Below, one piece after another: positions 57,302 to 64,000 of a stretch of DNA of 64,000 nt (the first letter of the stretch is position 1; each line of letters opens with the position of its first letter). Origin of the DNA: a virus; IMG/VR virus record IMGVR_UViG_3300008259_000013, positions 1-64,000 of that record; one strand, written 5' to 3'. A program made the position numbers and the translations under genes. The notes beneath the pieces were generated by a model. The model was not told the DNA's origin and searched no databases. It worked only from the letters and a program-made list of their open reading frames with translations.

Positions 57302-60300
57302 ATGAATATTTTATGCCACGCCACTTATGTAGGAGACACTGGCTACAACGCACACAGTAAAAATTTTTTTCGTAATTTCGCAGCTCATCATAATATAAAA
57401 ATTAGAAATTTTACAGTCGGAAAGGATTGGAGGGGTTTGCATAATACGCCTACTCATTGTCATGGCAGAGACGTAACTGAGTTTGATAAAAAACTGCTGT
57501 GCCTTCAAACGCTCTGGAATGGAGAAGGAAAACTGGAAGACTACGAATTATATGGATTTAAAAAAGGAAGCTTTGAATATGATTTAAACATAATTCTTGC
57601 AGAAGCGAATCATTATTATTTTTATCACGACTATAAAGGCCCAAAAATAGCATATACAGTTTGGGAAACCACTAAATATCATCAGCAATTTTTTGACAAA
57701 CTTAAAGAATTTGATCAGGTTTGGGTGCCAACCCAATGGCAAGCAGACATCACTGTAAAACAAGGTATTGAAAGAAGCAAGGTTAAAGTCGTGCCGGAAG
57801 GCGTAGACTCTAAAGTTTTTTATCCTGAAACATATAAAATAGCTGGTAATAAATTTAGATTTTTAATTTTCGGGAGATGGGACGCAAGAAAAAGCACTAT
57901 CGAATTAATAAGATGCTTTAAAGAGTTGTTCGGAAACAATCCTAAAGTTGAATTAATTATTTCTGTAGAAGACAAGTTTAATATTGACGGATTGGGATCT
58001 ACAAAAAATAGGCTAAATAAATATGACTTAATGTGCGATAATATTCGTATAATCAATTTCCCAGAAAAACAAGATTATGCAAAATTCTTAAAGGCTGGCC
58101 ATGTATTTTTATCATGTTCTAGATCAGAGGGTTGGAACTTGCCCCTTATTGAAGCTATGGCTTGCGGTACGCCTAGCATTTATTCAGATTGCAGCGGGCA
58201 GTTGCAATACGCTAAAGGTAAAGGCATACCAGTAAAAATAAAAGGAGAAATTGATGTTTCTAAATTTTATCCTCCATCAGAGCCGTGCTCAGGAAATTGG
58301 TATGACCCAGATTTCGACGATTTAAAAGAAAAGATGCTTGAGGTCTATAACAATTATGATTTTTATAAAAACAAAGCTGTAAAAGAATCAAAAGAAATAA
58401 GAGAAAATTTTTCTTGGGAAAAATCTGCCAAAATAGCAGCCGATTTAATAGAAGAGAGTTACGGGTCTATAATAGAAAATCTAAAAAAGACTCATCCTGA
58501 AACATATAAAGAAATTTTTACTAATAATACTTATGAAAATTTTGTATCTGTAGAAGAAAATGACTCTGTTCTAGATTTGGGGTGTTCTCAAGGATTTTTT
58601 TATCTTAAACATAGAAGCAAACAAATCAAATACATTGGAGTAGACGCTAGCGTAGAATGCATAAAAGAATTTTATAAAAATCTTGCCCCGTCAGACAGCC
58701 CGACCCTGATAAACGCGTATGTTTCAGAAGAAAAAACAGCTTCTTTCGTAAAGCCGTTTTTTCATAATACAGATGAAAAATTAACTTCTCATATTTCTTT
58801 TAAAAATTTGTCATCTTTGTTTAGTGACAAAATAAATTTTTTAAAATTTGACATAGAAGGAGCAGAAAAGTTTTTGTTTGGGCTGCCGGAAAATATAAAT
58901 TTAATAAAAGAAAAGGTCCGAAAGTTTTCTGGAGAATTTCATTTTAAAAGCTCTTTATTTGAAAAAGAGCACGCTCTTGAAATAATAAGAAGATTGCAAG
59001 CGGATAATGATTTTTATATTAAATTGTACAGCTCAGATGGGGTTGATATAGACAAGGTGTTTTGGTCAAAAACAGATTATTATACTGAGATAATCGTTTC
59101 GGGATTAGTAAGAAAAAATTCAAATTTTAAAAATTTACGTTTTATTCCAAATAACTCTCACGACCCAGAGGCTTATCATATAATCAACGAATCTCCTTCG
59201 ATTGGAGACATAATCGCTTGGGTGCCTATGGTTGATAAATTTCAAAAAGAGAAAAATAAAAAAGTAAACCTTTACACACCATACGCAGAGCTTTTCCAAT
59301 CTTCTTATCCTAACATTAATTTTGATTACTATAATAATCAACCAACTCAGGGAGATAATATTATACGTATAGGAACTTATGATGTAGGGGGTAAAAAATG
59401 GAGTGAGTATAACTTACAAGAGCTTGTAGCTAAAATTTTAGGAATAGAATATAAAGAAACAAGACCAAAGATATCTTTGCCATCAAATCTGAAAAATAAT
59501 TTTAAGAAAAAATATGTTTGCATAGCCACGCACTCAACAGCTCAATTTAAATATTGGAATAACCCAGAAGGATGGTCTAAAACTATAGATTATTTAAAGT
59601 CTCTTGGCTACGATGTTGTTTGCATAGATAAAAATCCTGTTTATGGAGTAGACGGATCAATGAATCAAATACCATCAAACTGCATAGATAAAACAGGAGA
59701 TCTGCCATTTCAAGAAAGAATAAATGATATTTTCCATTGCGATTTTTTTATTGGTCTTACTTCTGGTTTGTCTTGGTTGGCTTGGGGGATAGGCAAGCCA
59801 GTGGTATTTATTTCTGGTATCTCTTTACCAAGAACAGATTTTACTACTCCTTATAGAGTAACAAACACAAGCAAAGATGTTTGCCATGGATGCGCCTCTG
59901 AGCCAGACTTTGTTTTCGATAAGTTCAATTGGAACTTTTGTCCTAAAAATAAAAATTTCCAATGCACTAAAGAAATAACGTTTGAAATGGTTAAAGAAAA
60001 AATAGACTTGTTGATGGTAAGAGAAAATTTTGATCATGATTTTTCATTAGTAAATGCTGGAGTAACATTCAAAGACCACGCATCGATATCTTTAAATGAT
60101 TTTACTTATAAAAGATATTTAATGCAGCTTTTTGTGTATCATTCGGGCGAATGGGTTATTTATCATGAAGAATCCAACTTCGGGCCCACAAGCTGGTTTA
60201 AATGCCATGAATCGAAGAGAAGAAAATGGAGATTTAAATTGTATGGTTTTGAAGGAGATAATGTAAGATTGCTTTTACAAAAAACTTATGATGAAAAAAA

Positions 60301-60664
60301 CAAAAATATAGAATTTATTTTTGATTCTGAAGGCTATAAGTATGACAAAGCGTATTTCCAAAAAGCCTTGTCTTTCGAAGAACAAAATAAGTGCAAAGTT
60401 TTTATAAAAAGTAAATTTTATCAAAAGCTTAAGAAAGAATTTCCTGACTTTCCAAGAATATTTAGCAAAGACGAAAATCTTGAAGACATGTACGCTTCAT
60501 ATAAAATAAAAAGACATGAAATTGAAACTAAAAGAAAAAACGTTTGGTATACAAATAAACTTTGGGTTAATCAAGCTAGATCAGATATAACTTTTGACCA
60601 TCACGAAAACTGGGTCGAGTATCCACAAGAACAAGTTTTTGAAGACATTATAAACTATGAGTAA
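57302..60664 (+). CDS. multidomain glycosyltransferase: GT4 + FkbM-like MTase + TibC/Aah-type heptosyltransferase
   Basis: SEGWNLPLIEAMACGTP; VLDLG..KFDIEGAE; SIGDIIAW, AQFKYWNN..GW, GLSWLAW, CHGC..CP..FQC. Confidence 0.8.
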   Translation: MNILCHATYVGDTGYNAHSKNFFRNFAAHHNIKIRNFTVGKDWRGLHNTPTHCHGRDVTEFDKKLLCLQTLWNGEGKLEDYELYGFKKGSFEYDLNIILAEANHYYFYHDYKGPKIAYTVWETTKYHQQFFDKLKEFDQVWVPTQWQADITVKQGIERSKVKVVPEGVDSKVFYPETYKIAGNKFRFLIFGRWDARKSTIELIRCFKELFGNNPKVELIISVEDKFNIDGLGSTKNRLNKYDLMCDNIRIINFPEKQDYAKFLKAGHVFLSCSRSEGWNLPLIEAMACGTPSIYSDCSGQLQYAKGKGIPVKIKGEIDVSKFYPPSEPCSGNWYDPDFDDLKEKMLEVYNNYDFYKNKAVKESKEIRENFSWEKSAKIAADLIEESYGSIIENLKKTHPETYKEIFTNNTYENFVSVEENDSVLDLGCSQGFFYLKHRSKQIKYIGVDASVECIKEFYKNLAPSDSPTLINAYVSEEKTASFVKPFFHNTDEKLTSHISFKNLSSLFSDKINFLKFDIEGAEKFLFGLPENINLIKEKVRKFSGEFHFKSSLFEKEHALEIIRRLQADNDFYIKLYSSDGVDIDKVFWSKTDYYTEIIVSGLVRKNSNFKNLRFIPNNSHDPEAYHIINESPSIGDIIAWVPMVDKFQKEKNKKVNLYTPYAELFQSSYPNINFDYYNNQPTQGDNIIRIGTYDVGGKKWSEYNLQELVAKILGIEYKETRPKISLPSNLKNNFKKKYVCIATHSTAQFKYWNNPEGWSKTIDYLKSLGYDVVCIDKNPVYGVDGSMNQIPSNCIDKTGDLPFQERINDIFHCDFFIGLTSGLSWLAWGIGKPVVFISGISLPRTDFTTPYRVTNTSKDVCHGCASEPDFVFDKFNWNFCPKNKNFQCTKEITFEMVKEKIDLLMVRENFDHDFSLVNAGVTFKDHASISLNDFTYKRYLMQLFVYHSGEWVIYHEESNFGPTSWFKCHESKRRKWRFKLYGFEGDNVRLLLQKTYDEKNKNIEFIFDSEGYKYDKAYFQKALSFEEQNKCKVFIKSKFYQKLKKEFPDFPRIFSKDENLEDMYASYKIKRHEIETKRKNVWYTNKLWVNQARSDITFDHHENWVEYPQEQVFEDIINYE

Positions 60665-62243
60665 AATAATTGGAATATCGCCAACTTTTGGCCACGACGC
60701 GGGCTGCGCTTTAATTATAGACGGGCAAGTAAAATACGCTCTAGAAGAAGAAAAGCTAAGTGGAATAAAAGCGTGCCATAGACAAAACATTTTCCCTGAA
60801 GCTTCGTTGATAGCTATAGAAAAAATGACTGGTGTTAATTTATTTAATTGCGATCATATAGCTACGTCTAGGCCCTATTCTTTTTCAGATTTTCCGGAAA
60901 GATTTAAAAAAGAAGAAATATCTGGGAAAATTCAATCTTTTTCGCATCATGCGTGTCATGCTTTAGGGGCTTATTATTCGTCAGGCATGGCTGGAAAGGT
61001 GGCTTGCGTATCTTTAGATGGAGCAGGGTTAAGAAGTAGGGGGAAAATTTATCTATGTGAAGACGGTCTAACTGATTTGGTTCATTCATCTTGGTATCCA
61101 ACTGCTTCGACATTGGCGAATTTATGGGGTTTCACAACCAATCGAATGGGCTGGCTGATATTAAAAGATGAAGGAAAAGTCGTCGGATTAGCCGGTCATG
61201 GTAAAATAAATAAAAAAATTTATGAATATTTAGGACATTGCTTGTATTATGAAGACTTAACTCATAAATGCCCGGGCTGGCTTTCAATGTTTGATTTTAT
61301 TTGCCATAAGCTGCACGAAGATGGGTGGTTCACAGAAGAGCAAAAAAGGGCAGATTATGCAGCGACTTTGCAAAAATTTACTGAAGATTTAGTTTACAAA
61401 TTGCTTAGCGATGTAAAAGATAAATTTCCAGACTACAAAAAACTTTGCTTGTCTGGTGGTTTATTTGCTAACGTAAAATTAAATCAATTTATAAATGAAT
61501 GTGGGCTGTATGATGAGATTTATATACACCAAGCTATGGGTGATGCTGGTTTATTTTTAGGAGCTGCATTATTAAAAGCTTATGAGCTAAAAGAAATAAC
61601 AGCGCCTATTTCTCCAAATAACGTTTTTTGGGGAGAGTCTTTTTGCAAAGAAGATTGGCTATCTATTTTAAGAAACAATCCACAAGTTAAAGTAATTGAT
61701 TTTGATTTAAATTTAGCCGCTAAATTAATTAATGATGGAAATGTTGTAGGCGTTTTCCAGGGTAGAACGGAATACGGCCCTAGAGCATTGGGCAACAGAA
61801 GTATTGTTGTAAAGCCAACTGATCCAGAAACGCATCAAAAATTAAATAAAAGACTAAAAAGAACAGAAATCATGCCTTTCGCGCCGTCTGTGTTGAGCGA
61901 ATACGCTGATGAAATATTTTATTGCGATAAATCAAAATATGCAGCCGAATTCATGACTTTATGCTATCAAACAAAAGAACATTGGATAAATAAAATACCA
62001 GCGGTGGTTCATCCAATCGATAAATCCGCAAGACCTCAAATAGTAAAGAGAGAAGCTAATCCTTTTTATTATGATTTAATTGATGCATACAGAAAATTGT
62101 CTGGATTTCCTATCGTATTGAATACCTCGTTCAACGCTCATGGAGAGCCTATTAATAACTACCCTCATCAGGTTTTAAAGCATTTACTTGATGGGTCCGT
62201 GGACTACATAATAACCGAAAATTTAATACTATCTATTCAATGA
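60657..62243 (+). CDS. NodU/CmcH-family O-carbamoyltransferase
   Basis: HDAG, EEK, HHACHA, DGAG, EGKV.GLA, GG..ANV, EYGPRALGNRS, MPFAP, ARPQ, LNTSFN.HGEP. Confidence 0.9.
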   Translation: MSKIIGISPTFGHDAGCALIIDGQVKYALEEEKLSGIKACHRQNIFPEASLIAIEKMTGVNLFNCDHIATSRPYSFSDFPERFKKEEISGKIQSFSHHACHALGAYYSSGMAGKVACVSLDGAGLRSRGKIYLCEDGLTDLVHSSWYPTASTLANLWGFTTNRMGWLILKDEGKVVGLAGHGKINKKIYEYLGHCLYYEDLTHKCPGWLSMFDFICHKLHEDGWFTEEQKRADYAATLQKFTEDLVYKLLSDVKDKFPDYKKLCLSGGLFANVKLNQFINECGLYDEIYIHQAMGDAGLFLGAALLKAYELKEITAPISPNNVFWGESFCKEDWLSILRNNPQVKVIDFDLNLAAKLINDGNVVGVFQGRTEYGPRALGNRSIVVKPTDPETHQKLNKRLKRTEIMPFAPSVLSEYADEIFYCDKSKYAAEFMTLCYQTKEHWINKIPAVVHPIDKSARPQIVKREANPFYYDLIDAYRKLSGFPIVLNTSFNAHGEPINNYPHQVLKHLLDGSVDYIITENLILSIQ

Positions 62244-62824
62244 AAAAAGTATTTATTGTAGGTGGGACTTCTGGTTTCGGGCTTTCGTTGGCTAAAAAAT
62301 TCCATATTGATCACGAAGTTACCGTTTGCGGAAGAAGAAAAATTTCTTTTTTTAATAGCATAGTTCTTGAAATGCTCGATGTAAAAGAAGAGATTTTTAA
62401 GCAGTACAAGCCAAATATTATTATAAATAATGCTTTTGATAAAAAAGATTATTTAAAATCTTATCAAGGATCTTTGAATGTGTTACGAGCTGCATTTGAT
62501 TATTTTAAGAATAGAAATAAAGGAACAATTATAAATGTAAACTCTATCAGTGGGATAAATCCAGATCCTAAAGATCCAGATTATGCTGCGGCGAAATATG
62601 CTTTGAAAGGTTATTCAGATTCCATAGCGGCGGAATCATTCCAAAGAAATATAAGAATAATAAACTTATATCCGAGAGCTATGGCTACTGGAATGAATGT
62701 AGGCAGACAAGATTTTAATGAATTAATTGATCCAAATGAAGTGGCAGAACTTGTCGTCGCATTAACAAAAACTCAATCTTTTTATACTAGTTCGATACAA
62801 TTCGATAGAATAAAGAGGTCATGA
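62240..62824 (+). CDS. short-chain dehydrogenase/reductase
   Basis: GGTSGFG, NNA, NS, YAAAK. Confidence 0.85.
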   Translation: MKKVFIVGGTSGFGLSLAKKFHIDHEVTVCGRRKISFFNSIVLEMLDVKEEIFKQYKPNIIINNAFDKKDYLKSYQGSLNVLRAAFDYFKNRNKGTIINVNSISGINPDPKDPDYAAAKYALKGYSDSIAAESFQRNIRIINLYPRAMATGMNVGRQDFNELIDPNEVAELVVALTKTQSFYTSSIQFDRIKRS

Positions 62825-63840
62825 AAGCAGCTATACTTTTAGAAAAAAATAAGCCGATTTATGTAGACGACATACAAATGCCTAAAAAGCTATCTTTTGG
62901 GCAAGTAAAAATAAAAACAGTAACTAGCGGGCTATGCGGAGCGCAACTACAAGAAATAGCTGGCCTTAAAAATAATGAGCAATTCATGCCTCATTTGATT
63001 GGACATGAAGGGTGCGGCCTTGTGGAAGCTGTTGGAGAAGGCGTCAAAAAAGTTAAAAAAGGCGATAAAGTTGTAATGCATTGGAGAAAAGGCTCTGGGC
63101 TAGAAGCTGATTTCGCAAAATATCAATGGCATGACAAGGAGGTTTCTGGAGGAAAAGTTGTAACTCTAGCAGAAAATGTAGTCGTATCAGAAAATAGAAT
63201 CACTCCAGTAGATAAAGAAATTGACGATGAGTTTTGCGCGTTGCTTGGTTGTGGATTGTCTACGGGATTTAGCGTCGTAAATAAAGACGCTAATATAAAA
63301 TTTGGAGAAAGCGTTTTGGTCATAGGATGTGGCGGCGTAGGTTTAAGCTGCATACAAGCAGCAAGTTTATCGTTGGCTGGTCCAATTGTGGGAATAGACA
63401 TCAATGAAGCAAAAAAAATGATGGTAGAAAATCTTGGGGCTGAATTTTATAGTCCAGTTAATATAGAAAAGCTTATTGAATCTAAGGTAAAATTTGACTG
63501 CATTATTGATACCACTGGAATTCTGAGTTTCGTTTCTAGGCTTATTCCTTTGCTATCTAATCAAGGAAGATGCATTTTAGTTTCCCAACCGAAGCCGGGA
63601 TCTCAATTAACTATTAATGATCCAATATCATTTTTCTCTAATAACGGGCAAACTATCAGAACCACTCAGGCTGGCAACTTTGATCCAGATATAGATATTC
63701 CGAGATACATAAAACTTTATAAAAATAAAAAAATAAACATAAAATCATTAGTAACCGACAGATACGACATCTTCAACATAAATGAAGCAGTCTCAAAGCT
63801 AAAAACTGGAGAGTCGGGCAGAATAATCATAAATTTTTAA
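62821..63840 (+). CDS. zinc-binding alcohol dehydrogenase (MDR)
   Basis: GLCG, GHEG.G, GDKV, LGCG, GCGGVG. Confidence 0.88.
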   Translation: MKAAILLEKNKPIYVDDIQMPKKLSFGQVKIKTVTSGLCGAQLQEIAGLKNNEQFMPHLIGHEGCGLVEAVGEGVKKVKKGDKVVMHWRKGSGLEADFAKYQWHDKEVSGGKVVTLAENVVVSENRITPVDKEIDDEFCALLGCGLSTGFSVVNKDANIKFGESVLVIGCGGVGLSCIQAASLSLAGPIVGIDINEAKKMMVENLGAEFYSPVNIEKLIESKVKFDCIIDTTGILSFVSRLIPLLSNQGRCILVSQPKPGSQLTINDPISFFSNNGQTIRTTQAGNFDPDIDIPRYIKLYKNKKINIKSLVTDRYDIFNINEAVSKLKTGESGRIIINF

Positions 63841-63841
63841 A

Positions 63842-64000
63842 ATGAACTACGTCACAAAGCAGGATCTAATTAATTTCGAAAATTCAATTATTGATCTCTA
63901 TAGGGATTGCAAGCTGCCGTTCCTGTTTCACTTGTCGGGTGGAAATGAGGACCAGTTAATTGAGATCTTTAAGGATATCAAAGATGGTGATTACGTAATC
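63842..64000 (+). CDS. TPP-dependent dehydrogenase E1-alpha-like protein (5' partial in window)
   Basis: MNYVTKQDLINFE..I..LY...KLPFLFHLSGGNE.QLI.IF..I..GDYV; runs off window. Confidence 0.65.
   Translation, partial: MNYVTKQDLINFENSIIDLYRDCKLPFLFHLSGGNEDQLIEIFKDIKDGDYVI

Noticed and set aside
1-64000. CRISPR array, integrase/transposase, or stop-codon recoding
   Set aside because: No regularly spaced repeats or mobile-element genes seen; genes are intact in code 11 with TAA/TAG/TGA stops and no suppressor tRNA

Overview
A 64 kb segment of a large, AT-rich dsDNA bacteriophage genome, T4-like/jumbo-phage style, with no rRNA or housekeeping operons. Roughly 1-47 kb is a dense array of short, mostly minus-strand genes. 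It includes GP88-like, i-type-lysozyme-like, macrodomain-like, RuvB-like ATPase, sigma-70 factor, HhH/OGG-like glycosylase, rIIA/rIIB, YopX x3, DUF3431 x2, UvsE, a cyclic-phosphate receiver domain and ThyX. There are 10 tRNA genes (one at 27.0 kb, nine at 36.9-39.3 kb), interspersed with boxA-like motifs and several ornate, pseudoknotted candidate ncRNAs. Two promoter classes are visible directly in the sequence: about 18 host-type TTG(A/C)NN-N16/17-(T/C)ANNNT promoters, often leaderless, and about 10 copies of a GTGTAA motif 8-12 nt before start codons of plus-strand or structural-type genes (candidate phage late promoter). Notable accessory modules are a PlcP/LpxH2-like phosphoesterase plus glycosyltransferase pair; a membrane operon (lipoprotein, MscS-like, orphan periplasmic sensor, holin-like, ankyrin/class III nucleotidyl cyclase fusion); and the start of a glycan-modification cluster (GT4-FkbM-TibC/Aah fusion, carbamoyltransferase, SDR, Zn-dehydrogenase, TPP E1-alpha). 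Several proteins look Verrucomicrobia-like, which hints at the host (inference only). All family calls are from recognised motifs, not database searches, and RNA structures were folded by eye.
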